Source of the DNA: Fervidicoccaceae archaeon
Lineage (GTDB): Archaea > Thermoproteota > Thermoprotei_A > Sulfolobales > Fervidicoccaceae
Direction: 5' to 3'
Assembly: GCA_038734945.1 (NCBI GenBank)
Contig: JAVYOA010000009.1
Span: 248,001-312,000, forward strand
Length of the DNA: 64,000 nt
The translations under genes were made by a program, and so were the position numbers. Shown here piece after piece: positions 1-10,512 of this stretch (positions are counted from its first letter, which is position 1; each line of letters begins with the position of its first letter). Below the pieces are notes generated by a model. It ran no database searches. It saw nothing but the letters and a program-made list of their open reading frames with translations, and was not told where the DNA came from.

Positions 1-2
1 AG

Positions 3-533
3 TTCAAATATTCGCAGGCAGTAGCGCTAGAGGGATCACTTCCTCACATTATAAAAGCAGACGAGGATTTCAGAAAACTGTATGGAAGAGGCTATGGAGT
101 TGTGGACAGCTACAGATTAGAGGATGCTGAAATAGCAGTTCTAGCAACATCTTCATACTATATCAACCTAAAGTATGCTGTAGATGAGGTAAGGAAGAGA
201 GGAATAAAGGCGGGAGCAATAAAGCTGAGGGTTTACAGACCTTTCCCAAGAGAGCAATTGTACTCAATGATCAAAGGGCTGAGTGCACTAGGAGTAATTG
301 ATAGATCTGTTAGCTTCGGCATGACTCCGAGTGGACCAATTGCACTGGACATAATGTCCTCCTACAGATACAGAGATGCTCCTCCCGTTCAGAGTTTCAT
401 AGCTGGTCTTGGGCAGAGAAGGATGCTTATTGAGGATTTCGTAAAAATATTCGAGATATTGGAGAAGAGAGCTGCAACCAATTCAATTTCTGAGAAGAGC
501 ATATTCTATGGGGTGAAGGGAGTTGAGCTTTGA
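3..533 (+). CDS. porA: Pyruvate/2-ketoacid:ferredoxin oxidoreductase alpha subunit, C-terminal part (5' end outside window)
   Basis: Frame is open back to the window edge (FKYSQAVALEG...YGRGYGVVDSYRLEDAE); KLRVYRPFP and GLGQR motifs; directly upstream of porB. Confidence 0.9.
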   Translation, partial: FKYSQAVALEGSLPHIIKADEDFRKLYGRGYGVVDSYRLEDAEIAVLATSSYYINLKYAVDEVRKRGIKAGAIKLRVYRPFPREQLYSMIKGLSALGVIDRSVSFGMTPSGPIALDIMSSYRYRDAPPVQSFIAGLGQRRMLIEDFVKIFEILEKRAATNSISEKSIFYGVKGVEL

Positions 534-1479
534 GGAAACCAGAATAAAAACACTGTGGGACATACCTAAAGAGGAGCACTTCGTTGGAGGGCATTCTCTC
601 TGTGCTGGATGCACTGCTTCAACAATAGTAAGACATCTTCTCAAAGTAGCAGGACGAAACACAATCGTTGTCAATGCCACAGGCTGTGTAGAGGTCTCAA
701 CCACTTCATTCCCATATACAGCCTGGAGAGTTCCGTGGCTTCATGTAGCTTTCGAAAATGCTGGAGCTGTTGCCTCAGGAGTTGAATCGGCAATAAAGGC
801 GATGAAAGCCAAGGGAATGATTCCCTTCGAGAAGGAAATAAACGTTATAGCTCTTGCTGGGGATGGAGGCAGCTTTGATATTGGATTCCAGGCACTGAGC
901 GGTCTCATGGAAAGAGGCCACAAAGTGATGTTCGTCATCTATGATAATGAGGCATACATGAACACGGGGATTCAGAGAAGCGGTGCCACTCCATTTGGAG
1001 CTTGGACAACAACAACACCTGTGACAAGGAGAATAAGGGGTGAATGGAGGACAAAGAAGGACATGTTCGATATAGCTATAGCACATGGGCTGGATTATGT
1101 TGCTACAGCTAATCCAGCATACCCAGTGGACATGGATGTTAAGTTCCAGAAGGGTCTCAACACCGATGGCCCTTCCTTAGTTCACGTGATCATGCCATGC
1201 ACCACAGGTTGGAGATTCGAGCCAAGATATGGAATAACCATAGCGAAGCTAGCTACAGAAACTGCCGTGTGGATAAACATGGAATATGATAGGGGTAACT
1301 TCAGCGTAACTGTACCAGTGAGAAAGAGGAAGCACGTGAGAGAATATCTGAAGCTGCAAGGAAGATACTCTCACCTGAGCGATTTAGAAATAGAGCTCAT
1401 TCAGCAGCAGATCGATAGAAAAGTGGAGGAAATAAACAGAAGAGCCGGAAAGGAAGTTATCGGCCCCCTCGAGGCTTAA
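523..1479 (+). CDS. porB: Pyruvate/2-ketoacid:ferredoxin oxidoreductase beta subunit
   Basis: GHSLCAGC, ATGC, TPP-binding GDGG...DNEAYMNTGIQRS, PCTTGW motifs. Confidence 0.95.
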   Translation: MSFEETRIKTLWDIPKEEHFVGGHSLCAGCTASTIVRHLLKVAGRNTIVVNATGCVEVSTTSFPYTAWRVPWLHVAFENAGAVASGVESAIKAMKAKGMIPFEKEINVIALAGDGGSFDIGFQALSGLMERGHKVMFVIYDNEAYMNTGIQRSGATPFGAWTTTTPVTRRIRGEWRTKKDMFDIAIAHGLDYVATANPAYPVDMDVKFQKGLNTDGPSLVHVIMPCTTGWRFEPRYGITIAKLATETAVWINMEYDRGNFSVTVPVRKRKHVREYLKLQGRYSHLSDLEIELIQQQIDRKVEEINRRAGKEVIGPLEA

Positions 1480-2942
1480 ACCCTCCTTTTTTGTTTATAT
1501 TCATCTATTCTTTTAGCTAAAAGCTCATAGGTTTCCTTCGGATCAGCCTTCTTGTTGGTAGCTTCCATCACCTTTCCAATCAAAAATTGGATAGCCCTTG
1601 GATTGTTAATAGCATCTTCGACAGCCTTTCTGTTTTCGGAAACTATCTTTTCAATAACTTTGGAGAGCTCCTCACCACTAACTTTCCCGATCCAACCTCT
1701 TGCATTGAGAATATCCTCCAATCTCTTTCCAGAGACTAACTCAGGAATTACTTCCTTAGCAATTTTTATGGAAATAGCTTCAGTTCTTAAGAGCTCTAAC
1801 AGTTTGGCCATTTCGGACGGAGGAACAACATTTCCTATCTCCTTGATTCTCTCAGCACCTATCCACCCAACTAGATCATTGGCTATAAGCGCTGCTGCTC
1901 TTTCAGCATTTATAGTAGTACCCTTCATCACCTCCTCAAAATATTCAGCCAATCTTCTGTTAGAAGAGATTGCATGAGCCAAGTATTCGCTAATCCCATA
2001 CTTTTCTACGAATCTGCGCCTCTTAACGGAAGGTAATTCAGGCATCTCCATTGCAATTTTCCCTAGAAGATCTCTATCTATTTCAATTGGAGGTAAGTTT
2101 GGATCGGGAAAATATCTGTAGTCCTCTTCGCTTTCCTTAGCTCTTGTTCCAAATGTCGCCTTCTTATCCTGATCCCAGTGCCTCGTTTCCATTTCTACTT
2201 CTATTCCTTTTTCTACCAGCGATTTCTGTCTAGTTATTTCATAGAGAATCGCTGCTTCAATATCTGAGAGGCTTCCTATGTTCTTAATTTCCACTCTCTT
2301 TCCTTTCCCAACACTTATATTGACATCAACTCTCATAGCGCCTTCAAGATCGAGATCTGTAATATCCAGATATTCAAGCACGGTTCTAAGCTCACGCAGA
2401 AAAGCAAGAACTTCCTTTGAACTTCTGAAATCAGGCTCAGTAACAATTTCCAGAAGTGCAACTCCGCTTCTGTTATAGTCTATCAGGCTGTACTTGCTAG
2501 TGAGCATTGAGCCACTATGATATAAAATTTTTCCAGGATCTTCCTCTAAATTGATCCTTCTTATTCTTGCTCTCTTCACGCTTCCATTTAAGTAGTAATC
2601 TAAATAGCCATCTTTGGCTATGCTTGCTACACCCTTCCCCTCATATTGGGTTATTTGGTAATTCTTTGGGAGATCCGGATAGAAGTAATGCTTCCTAGCC
2701 CAGGAAACGCTCTCAGCTATCTTCATGTTCAGCGCAATGGCAACCATCAGAGCCTTTTCAATAGCTTTCTTATTCACCTTGGGAAGGGCTCCAGGGAGAC
2801 CAAGGCAGACAGGACAAACATTGGTATTTGGAGGCAGGTTTCTGTAGTCAGAAGAGCAGCCACAGAAGAGCTTTGTCTTCAGAGAAGTTATCTGCACATG
2901 AATTTCCAGGCCAATCATTACGTCTATAAAATTCTCGCTCAT
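1476..2942 (-). CDS. gatB: Asp-tRNA(Asn)/Glu-tRNA(Gln) amidotransferase subunit B
   Basis: IGLEIHVQ, CPVCLGLPGALP, RKHYFYPDLPKNYQITQ, DYRYFPDP; start set at ATG 2942 overlapping the gatA stop. Confidence 0.97.
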   Translation of the reverse strand: MSENFIDVMIGLEIHVQITSLKTKLFCGCSSDYRNLPPNTNVCPVCLGLPGALPKVNKKAIEKALMVAIALNMKIAESVSWARKHYFYPDLPKNYQITQYEGKGVASIAKDGYLDYYLNGSVKRARIRRINLEEDPGKILYHSGSMLTSKYSLIDYNRSGVALLEIVTEPDFRSSKEVLAFLRELRTVLEYLDITDLDLEGAMRVDVNISVGKGKRVEIKNIGSLSDIEAAILYEITRQKSLVEKGIEVEMETRHWDQDKKATFGTRAKESEEDYRYFPDPNLPPIEIDRDLLGKIAMEMPELPSVKRRRFVEKYGISEYLAHAISSNRRLAEYFEEVMKGTTINAERAAALIANDLVGWIGAERIKEIGNVVPPSEMAKLLELLRTEAISIKIAKEVIPELVSGKRLEDILNARGWIGKVSGEELSKVIEKIVSENRKAVEDAINNPRAIQFLIGKVMEATNKKADPKETYELLAKRIDEYKQKRRV

Positions 2943-4357
2943 CCAAAGATCTCCTCCATGACTTTTGCCAATTCGATGAGGCGATCGTCCGACCATGGTG
3001 GACCTATTAGCTGAATAGAGAGAGGAGAATTGAAAGCTGTTCCCATTGGAACAGTGATTGCCGGGAGACCTGCTAGGTTCGCAATCATCAAGGGTGCATC
3101 GATTGAGTTCAACTTGGAGAGATCCGTAGCATCATAATCTATGGGAAGAGGCCTTATTGGTGAGCCCGGGGTAGCTATTACTCTCCCCTTCCCTAATAGC
3201 TCTTCAACCTTCCTTTTAATCATACCTCTTGCCTTCAATGCCTGAGAGTAATACATGTCGTAGTAACCCTTGCTCAGAATGAATGAGCCGAGAACTATTC
3301 TTCGCTTGACCTCCCATCCAAACATCGAACGATTCTCCATATAGTAGCTGTCCCAGTCCAAATCATCTGGGGGAACGACTCTTGAACCGTATCTGACTCC
3401 ATCAAACCTTGCAAGGTTGCTGCTTGCTTCACTGAATGCTATTACATAATATATCTGAGGCACTTTCAGAAAGAGGGGCTCAGAAATCTCAATTATTTGA
3501 GCCCCCTCACCTTCGAGCTTTTTTATTCCTTTCCAGAAGTTAGAGACAATATTCTCATCAGCTTCTGGATGCTCTGCAAGCTCTCTTGGCACAACAATGT
3601 TCAGCCCATGTAGGTGATCGAAATTTGGTGGACTTAGCGATATTTTTTCTAAACTGTTTCCCCAGGGGTTTTGGGAGCTAGTTGGATCCATGGAATCATA
3701 AGATGATATAATGGAGAAGAGAAGCGCCAAATCGCTAGCACTGGAAGACATTGGCCCAATTTGATCCATGCTATCAGCGTATGATATCAGTCCGAATCTG
3801 CTCACAGCACCATATGTTGGTTTCAATCCAAATATTCCTGTCCAAGCTGCTGGAAGCCTTATACTTCCTCCCGTATCGCTACCAAGTGCAATATCAACAA
3901 CTCCAGATGCCACAGCTGCAGCGCTCCCAGAGCTACTTCCTCCCGGGGAAAGGTCTGGATCAAGAGGATTTAATGTTGGACCAAATGCGCTTGTTGTTCC
4001 AAGCGCCCCCATAGCAAATTCATCCATATTGGTCTTTCCAATTATAATGGCACCCTCTTTCTCAAGAAGCTTTACTACTGTTGCTGAATATTGAGGAATG
4101 AAGTTTTCCAATATTCTGCTAGCACAGGTAGTTCTAAGACCTCTTGTAACAATGTTGTCCTTTACTGCTATGGGAACTCCTGGCAACCTTCCCTTCAAAT
4201 TTATCTTTTCAGGAATTTCGCTTCTTATTGTAATGAACATATTGAATAGGGGATCCTTTCTCGCAATTTCTTCCAGTGACTTTTCTACATATTTATGTGG
4301 ATCGGCATCTCCTCTCCTCACCGCATCAACAAAATCGACAACCTTCCCTCTCCCCAT
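2939..4357 (-). CDS. gatA: Amidotransferase subunit A
   Basis: Amidase signature VKDNI, GKTNMDEFAMG, PGGSSSGS, GSDTGGSIRLPA; EVKRRIVLG. Confidence 0.97.
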   Translation of the reverse strand: MGRGKVVDFVDAVRRGDADPHKYVEKSLEEIARKDPLFNMFITIRSEIPEKINLKGRLPGVPIAVKDNIVTRGLRTTCASRILENFIPQYSATVVKLLEKEGAIIIGKTNMDEFAMGALGTTSAFGPTLNPLDPDLSPGGSSSGSAAAVASGVVDIALGSDTGGSIRLPAAWTGIFGLKPTYGAVSRFGLISYADSMDQIGPMSSSASDLALLFSIISSYDSMDPTSSQNPWGNSLEKISLSPPNFDHLHGLNIVVPRELAEHPEADENIVSNFWKGIKKLEGEGAQIIEISEPLFLKVPQIYYVIAFSEASSNLARFDGVRYGSRVVPPDDLDWDSYYMENRSMFGWEVKRRIVLGSFILSKGYYDMYYSQALKARGMIKRKVEELLGKGRVIATPGSPIRPLPIDYDATDLSKLNSIDAPLMIANLAGLPAITVPMGTAFNSPLSIQLIGPPWSDDRLIELAKVMEEIFG

Positions 4358-4360
4358 ATT

Positions 4361-4657
4361 TCATCCCTTATAGACCTTGGGTCCTTTCACATATCCGTTT
4401 TCCAAAATAGACTGATGTAAAAGATCTATGCCATTTTCAACATCTATCTGGACAACATCATCTCTTAGAGTTCCAGGAGAGAGATGCGTAACCTCCTCTG
4501 CACCAATATCCAAAGATAAAATATCATTTATGTAGCTGAGAATTATTTCGATCTCTTCAAGCAATCTCTTTTTCTCTTCTTCTGTCAGCTTTATTCTTGT
4601 GAGCCATGCGAGCCTATCGACTAGCTCGTAGTTCAGCTCGATTTTCTTATGATTCAT
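4361..4657 (-). CDS. gatC: Amidotransferase subunit C
   Basis: Small ORF upstream of gatA; LAWLTRIKLTEEE, LRDD, GYVKGPKV pattern; start at ATG 4657 (4684 alternative). Confidence 0.9.
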   Translation of the reverse strand: MNHKKIELNYELVDRLAWLTRIKLTEEEKKRLLEEIEIILSYINDILSLDIGAEEVTHLSPGTLRDDVVQIDVENGIDLLHQSILENGYVKGPKVYKG

Positions 4658-4900
4658 TCCTCTCAATCTCCAGTATGGCTTCATTTAATAATGGGATTAT
4701 TATTTATCACCCTTCCTTTTTTAAAATTTTTTCAATAGTAGAGTCAAAATTTGGAAAATATTTATCGAGCTTGCACCTTTAGATATCAAAGGAAAAAACA
4801 TCCCCAATTTTCTCTGGATCTCCGATTTGTAAAAATTGAGTTTATAATCAGTTGATTATTTGTTCAAATTCCTCCGAATATCATGATCGTTTTCTCTCTG

Positions 4901-5644
4901 CTATATTTTCTCATCCAGGAAGTCCATTAGGGAAATCTTTCCTTTCTTGAACTCATATTTAAAAAGGTCCTTTCTTGCTGGAAGCGATACATTGTAGACT
5001 TCAGCTTCCCCTATTTTTACTGAAAGAACCTTTCCTCTATGAGCATGTCCATGTATTACCAAATCGACTCCACCAAGCTTTTTTATAAGTTCTTCAGCTC
5101 TCCTTGAACCCATTTCATGCCAAGCAAATGAGGGCTCTCCATAAAGAGTTTTATATGTTGGAGGGTAATGGAAAACAGCTATTTTTGTCCCATTGAATTT
5201 GATTTTCAGAAACTCTTCGAGTTTTCTCAACCTAGCGTTATACCTTTCTTCTATTGAGGGAATGTTTTTTCTCTGCCAAATAGTCGGCTCATCTAAAATC
5301 CCAGTTGAGCCAAACACCAGAATTTTTTCGCCGTTAATACTGATATCCTTCACATCGTCATTGAGCCACAAAACCCATTCATTGTTTTTCTCTATTTCAT
5401 CTCTCAGATCATCAAATTCCTCGTTTCCAAAAATACCAATAGTAATCCTTGCCTTGCATTTGCTCAATATCTCCTTCACTCTTGGATATAGAGCGATTTT
5501 TCCTCTCTCTATCATATCTCCAGCCAGTATGAGAACATCTACTTCCTCTCCCTGTCCGCATGATGCCTCTACAGCCTTTTGGAGTTCAGCTTCTCCCTTT
5601 GGGATATGTGCATCACTAGTGGCCAAGATCTTCAATCTACTCAC
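4901..5644 (-). CDS. Calcineurin-like metallophosphoesterase
   Basis: SDAH, AGD, GNEE, FHYPP, HGHAH motifs. Confidence 0.9.
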   Translation of the reverse strand: MSRLKILATSDAHIPKGEAELQKAVEASCGQGEEVDVLILAGDMIERGKIALYPRVKEILSKCKARITIGIFGNEEFDDLRDEIEKNNEWVLWLNDDVKDISINGEKILVFGSTGILDEPTIWQRKNIPSIEERYNARLRKLEEFLKIKFNGTKIAVFHYPPTYKTLYGEPSFAWHEMGSRRAEELIKKLGGVDLVIHGHAHRGKVLSVKIGEAEVYNVSLPARKDLFKYEFKKGKISLMDFLDEKI

Positions 5645-6378
5645 CTCAGCAGCTTCAGAGCATTCTTCAATACTATTTCTCTCATCTTTTCTAAATCAAT
5701 ACCAACTTCTTTAGCTAAAAATTCCAGGAGCACTGGAATTCTATCAGTAGTTAGCTTCTGACCTCTGTAAGTATAGGGACCATCGCTTTCTGTTAGTACA
5801 TTATCTAATTTTGCCGTTCTAATTAATTCTGCATGCTTTTTCTGAATTACTGCTGCCACGTTGAATGAAATAAAATACCCAAAATCTTGAAGCCTATACA
5901 TAAGATCTGGAGGGCCGGTGTACCAGTGGAACAATGCTTTTGAAATATCTTTCTTAATTACCAGTTCTGCTACTTCCTGCCACGCCCCAGCAGCATGCAA
6001 GTTAATAACTGCATCATTCTCTCTTGCAGCCTGTAAAAATCTCTCAAAGGCTCTCAGCTGAAGCTCATATGTAGAAGGAACAAACTTTTTGTCCAAGCCA
6101 ATTTCGCCTAGGCATGGATGATCCATTTCATTCAGCAGTGTCTCAAGTTCTTTCAATGCTTCCTTGTTTGCCATCTCAATTTTCCAGGGATGGATTCCAA
6201 TGCATGGTTTCACAAAATCAAATCTTGCGGATAGGTCAATGGTTCTTCTTGAGCTCTGGATATCATCAGAAACAGCAATTATGATAAACTCGTTCCCAAG
6301 CGACTTTAAAAAATCCACATCATATTCATGAGCATGTGAATGTGCATCAACATATTTCTGAAAAATTCCTTCGCTCAT
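5641..6378 (-). CDS. tatD: TatD family nuclease
   Basis: DAHSH, GIHPW, GEIGLD, FHWY, TESDGPY motifs. Confidence 0.92.
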   Translation of the reverse strand: MSEGIFQKYVDAHSHAHEYDVDFLKSLGNEFIIIAVSDDIQSSRRTIDLSARFDFVKPCIGIHPWKIEMANKEALKELETLLNEMDHPCLGEIGLDKKFVPSTYELQLRAFERFLQAARENDAVINLHAAGAWQEVAELVIKKDISKALFHWYTGPPDLMYRLQDFGYFISFNVAAVIQKKHAELIRTAKLDNVLTESDGPYTYRGQKLTTDRIPVLLEFLAKEVGIDLEKMREIVLKNALKLLR

Positions 6379-6381
6379 TCT

Positions 6382-8394
6382 CTATAGGACCCCATTTGTC
6401 TGCTTTGATATAGTTTCTTTTATCCATTCCAGCATGCTTTTTTCACTGCTGAACTCAATTTCCTCTTCTTTTGGAACGAATCTTCTTCTTTCATCCTCAG
6501 AATAAGTAATATATTTAGCAGAGATCCCTCCACTTTTCATTTCCCGCTCCCCAACAATTGCTATAAGTGGCACTCTCATAGCTCTAGCATCCCTCAATCT
6601 TGGATTAAGCCTTCCCTCGGTCAGCAAAACAGATCTTACACTGCTGGAGATCAAGAACTTGTAAATATCCTCAGCTCTCCTAACTTGCTCGCTGTTGCTT
6701 TCCTCAACTGGTAGAACAGCTACCTGAACCGGTGCTAGCCATAGAGGAACCCTTCCCGCATATTGCTCCAGCATGATTCCAATGAATCTTTCGAGACTTC
6801 CCAATATAGCCCTATGTATAATAACCATTCTCTTCAGAGAATTATCCTTGTCTACATATGATAGATCGAATCGCTCGGGCAAGTTGAAATCGAGCTGTAT
6901 TGTTGCTGCCTGCCACTCTCTTCCGAGGGAATCTGTGAATATTACATCAATTTTTGGTCCATAGAATGCTGCATCTCCAATAGATTTAGTAAAGCTTAGC
7001 CCCATCTCCTTCATTGCTCTCTCGAGTGAGCTCTCCGCATGATCCCAGATCTCGTCGCTGCCCATATAGCTTTTCTTGTCGCTGGGATCCCTGAGGCTCA
7101 ATATGAACTTGTAGTCCTTGAGTCCCATGGCGCTGTAAATTTCTCTAATGAGAGATAGAATCTGTGATATTTCCTGTTCTATTTGGTCCTCCCTTACAAA
7201 TATGTGAGCATCATCTATTACGAAGCCTCTAACCCTTGTTAATCCATGCAAAGTGCCAGCCCTTTCATATCTGTAGACATTTCCCATTTCGAAATATCTT
7301 ATTGGTAGATCCTTATAGCTCCATTTTTTCCTCTTTAGTATCAATATGTGAAATGGACAATTCATCGGCTTCAGCGCATGCTCTTTTTCATCGAGATTGA
7401 AGAGAAACATATTCTGCCTGTAATATGATAGGTGGCCACTTATTTGAAAAAGATCAGTTGTAGCAACATGAGGAGTAGCTACAAGCTGATATCCTTTTTT
7501 CTGATGAAGCTTCACTATGTACTCATCTAGTGCCCTCCTCATTGCAGCTCCATTAGGAAGCCACAAAATTAGACCAGCTCCCACAAGAGGGGAAGTCATG
7601 AATATGTCCATCTCCTTTCCCAGCCGAACATGATCCCTCTTCTCAGCCTCTTCTCTCCTTTCTTCAAAAATTGCTTTGTCTCTACTGGAAGGAAATGCTG
7701 CTACATGTATGCTATTGAGTAGAACAGAGTCTTCCCTTCCCATCCAATGAGATGTGCTTATATTTGTGAGAGAGATCTCCTCTATCTTCCCCAACATCTT
7801 TGGATGAAGATCGGAATCACAAACTGTCTTTATTCCATCTACTACAATTATTTTAGGAGAACCCATCCTTCTGACCAAGCTTGCAAGGAAATCCTCCCCG
7901 CTCTTCTTCAGCTCTTCTTCAGCCTCCGAAGAAGATGTATTAACTGTCACTATTTCTGCCTTCTCAGCAATGTTCCTTGCTAAATCTACTATTCTTTCAG
8001 CATCAACTCTGCTGATCTTTCCTCCTTCCATGTAGAAATCTACTCTGACTTCTCCCTCTCTCACGTAATACCCTGCCAGCTTTGCTGAGGGAAATAATCT
8101 TTTAATTGATGCCTCAATTAAGTGAGCTATAGAGTCCATGAAAATTTCGTATCCTTTTTTGCTGAAGAAATATAGAACTTCAGCCTTTTCCCAATCCTCC
8201 TCCACCTTTGCCGGAATTCCAACGATCTCTTTCTTCTTTGCTTTTGTTAGAACCAGGAGAAATATGGAAGTGCCTAGAGAATCATCGAACTTTCTCTCCA
8301 CAATGTATCCAGGAGAAACTTCTTTAGCTTCAGAGGAATCTATGAGGGAAACCAACTGAGCTTTCCCCCTTTTATTCTTCTTCTGGTTCCGCAC
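6382..8394 (-). CDS. thrS: Threonine--tRNA ligase, bacterial-type catalytic form with a degenerate N-terminal editing region
   Basis: RDHVRLG, LKPMNCPFH, YRYERAGTLHGLTRVRGF, AAFYGPKID, TIQLDF, IHRAILGSLERF. Confidence 0.96.
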   Translation of the reverse strand: MRNQKKNKRGKAQLVSLIDSSEAKEVSPGYIVERKFDDSLGTSIFLLVLTKAKKKEIVGIPAKVEEDWEKAEVLYFFSKKGYEIFMDSIAHLIEASIKRLFPSAKLAGYYVREGEVRVDFYMEGGKISRVDAERIVDLARNIAEKAEIVTVNTSSSEAEEELKKSGEDFLASLVRRMGSPKIIVVDGIKTVCDSDLHPKMLGKIEEISLTNISTSHWMGREDSVLLNSIHVAAFPSSRDKAIFEERREEAEKRDHVRLGKEMDIFMTSPLVGAGLILWLPNGAAMRRALDEYIVKLHQKKGYQLVATPHVATTDLFQISGHLSYYRQNMFLFNLDEKEHALKPMNCPFHILILKRKKWSYKDLPIRYFEMGNVYRYERAGTLHGLTRVRGFVIDDAHIFVREDQIEQEISQILSLIREIYSAMGLKDYKFILSLRDPSDKKSYMGSDEIWDHAESSLERAMKEMGLSFTKSIGDAAFYGPKIDVIFTDSLGREWQAATIQLDFNLPERFDLSYVDKDNSLKRMVIIHRAILGSLERFIGIMLEQYAGRVPLWLAPVQVAVLPVEESNSEQVRRAEDIYKFLISSSVRSVLLTEGRLNPRLRDARAMRVPLIAIVGEREMKSGGISAKYITYSEDERRRFVPKEEEIEFSSEKSMLEWIKETISKQTNGVL

Positions 8395-8614
8395 TGAGTT
8401 TAATTCTTGCTAGTTCATCTATCCTCTCCAAATCCTCCTCTTCTGTATAGCCCTTTCTAGTCAGCTCTGCTATTTTTTTCAAGGCTTCATCCAGCTTTTC
8501 CTTCTGAACCCATATTATTACTCCCTCGCTATCCTCGAAGAAAATAGCAAATTTTTTCCTTCTATCATCAGTTACCACGTGAAGGCATGGTGGAAACTCG
8601 CATTCTTCCTCCAT
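8372..8614 (-). CDS. Small hypothetical protein
   Basis: 80 aa acidic ORF, ATG preceded by GGTG SD, overlaps the thrS start (co-operonic). Confidence 0.75.
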   Translation of the reverse strand: MEEECEFPPCLHVVTDDRRKKFAIFFEDSEGVIIWVQKEKLDEALKKIAELTRKGYTEEEDLERIDELARIKLSAEPEEE

Positions 8615-8717
8615 CTATAGCACCCTTTTCAGCGCACTTAGCTATTTAATGAAGAACTTTATCATAATATATACTTGTCTATGCTCCTATCTTTATTACA
8701 ATAGAAAGGGATTGAGA

Positions 8718-9311
8718 TTGAAGGCAACAATAGTTTTAGCAGTTAACAAACGTTATTCCCAGGCGATATATTCAGAGTTGAGAAGGAGACGTTTTATTTA
8801 CCTGCGGGATATGGGATGGCTTATTCCTGTAGAAAGAGTAAAAGAATTTGAGGAAGTTACAGGAACAGCAATCGAATTAGATGACAATGATATAAGCATT
8901 GTAAGATCTTTACAGAGGAGCGTCGAGGAAGCTGAGGTCATAATTGAGGAAAAAGGGGAAAGCTCGAGAAATATGGAAATTGCCTATGACGAATCTGTCT
9001 ACAGAGTCACTCTCCCGAGTGGAATGAAATACACAATTCCATCCTCAATAGTTCAGGCTTATAGAGAGGTAGTCGAGGAGCTCAGAAAGCAGGGTATTTC
9101 TCGAATAAAGAAAAAAGAGCTCGTAGAAATAGTTCTGAGAAAAATTGGATTTTCAAAATTCTTCAGCAGGGATGGAAGCTACTTTTATTGGGAGACTTTC
9201 TACGGAGATAGAGTCTCATATCATACTCATTATTACATTCCAGTAAAAATACTCGAAAGTATGGGGCTCATAATTGTGACAAAACAGGACGAAGTGATTA
9301 TAAGGAAGTAA
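8718..9311 (+). CDS. Hypothetical protein, possible C-terminal winged helix
   Basis: Long ORF with normal codon usage; start probably TTG 8718 (8712 or 8649 possible); C-terminal PVKILESMGLIIV resembles a wHTH recognition helix/wing. Confidence 0.7.
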   Translation: MKATIVLAVNKRYSQAIYSELRRRRFIYLRDMGWLIPVERVKEFEEVTGTAIELDDNDISIVRSLQRSVEEAEVIIEEKGESSRNMEIAYDESVYRVTLPSGMKYTIPSSIVQAYREVVEELRKQGISRIKKKELVEIVLRKIGFSKFFSRDGSYFYWETFYGDRVSYHTHYYIPVKILESMGLIIVTKQDEVIIRK

Positions 9312-9345
9312 TTTAGTGATGAACATAGATAAATAACAAAATTTG

Positions 9346-10500
9346 CTATCCAATGACGAACTTTTCCTCAAGGGTTCTTTTCTCTTCAAACCTATCAGGA
9401 TTATAAGGAATCATGAGCTTGGGCTCCTTTCCTGTGAAGATGTACTCGGCAATAAGCTTACCTGCGAGAGGTCCAAGCATGAAGCCATGACCGCTGAATC
9501 CACCAACAACGTATAAACCCTCTGGCCACCTCTTGGATCTTCCCATTATATGAGACCTATCAGGAGTCATCTCATAGAATCCACTCCAAACCCTCATTAT
9601 TCTGATAGAAGAAGCCCCCTTTAAAGCAGTCATTAGTCTCCTAGCATACGTTCTGAGCCAAGAGAAAGTGTTGTCCATTTTTACCAAACCCTTCGGCTCA
9701 TTCCCAGTACTAGTTGATCCAATTATTTCTCCCTTCAGCGTCTGGGAAAAGTATAAGTGCAGAGATGAGTCCACAATGAACGGAGAAATTTTGAAAGAAT
9801 AGGCCTCAGTTACTGCTATTTCCTTCCTAACTGGCTCTATAAGAAGCCCCAAACCTAACTTATCTGAAAATTCTCTCATCCAAGCTCCATTCGCCAGTAC
9901 GACTCTCTCCACACTGATCTCTTTATTTCCTAAAACGATTGAATAAACTCTGTTATCTTTAATCAATACGTTGTCTACCCTAGAATTTTCGAAAATCTTC
10001 ACTCCGAGCTCTCTGGCTTTTCTCTCCATACCAAATATCACGGAATCAGGATGAATCGAACCGTTTTCCTTTCCAAAGAAACCAGCAATTATCTCCTTTC
10101 TTTCTCTTAGATAGGGGTACAATCTGTACAGCTCTGAGTCAGGGATCTCTTCAAGGGGAACTCCATGTTTTTTAAATAGAGAATTAGTATCTCTAAGCGT
10201 TCTGTATGCTGCTTCATCAGACGCTATCCACAAATAACCTGTTTTAACAATCAAAGGATTCATCTTGGTTACTTTTGACAGAGTGCTCAGATATTCAGCT
10301 GATTTAATAGCGAATTCCAGATTTCTCTCATCTCCAAAGTGAACCCTGAATCTTCCAGCATTTCTGAGAGATGATCCGTAGCCAAGATATTTCTCATCAA
10401 ATATGCATATTTTTTCTCCCTTTCCTTCAATCATTGCTAAATTCATTGCTACAGATAGTCCAACTACTCCTCCCCCGACAATAGAGGTCTGGCAGTTCAT
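9346..10500 (-). CDS. FAD-dependent oxidoreductase, L-proline dehydrogenase/sarcosine oxidase beta-like (DAO family)
   Basis: IVGGGVVG, GSSLRNAG, WSGFYEMTPD, GFSGHGFMLGP. Confidence 0.9.
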   Translation of the reverse strand: MNCQTSIVGGGVVGLSVAMNLAMIEGKGEKICIFDEKYLGYGSSLRNAGRFRVHFGDERNLEFAIKSAEYLSTLSKVTKMNPLIVKTGYLWIASDEAAYRTLRDTNSLFKKHGVPLEEIPDSELYRLYPYLRERKEIIAGFFGKENGSIHPDSVIFGMERKARELGVKIFENSRVDNVLIKDNRVYSIVLGNKEISVERVVLANGAWMREFSDKLGLGLLIEPVRKEIAVTEAYSFKISPFIVDSSLHLYFSQTLKGEIIGSTSTGNEPKGLVKMDNTFSWLRTYARRLMTALKGASSIRIMRVWSGFYEMTPDRSHIMGRSKRWPEGLYVVGGFSGHGFMLGPLAGKLIAEYIFTGKEPKLMIPYNPDRFEEKRTLEEKFVIG

Positions 10501-10512
10501 AGCTCATCTGCC

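Noticed and set aside
9316..9360. GTGATGA box C-like motif in the 9312-9345 spacer
   Set aside because: No CTGA D or D' box at suitable spacing.
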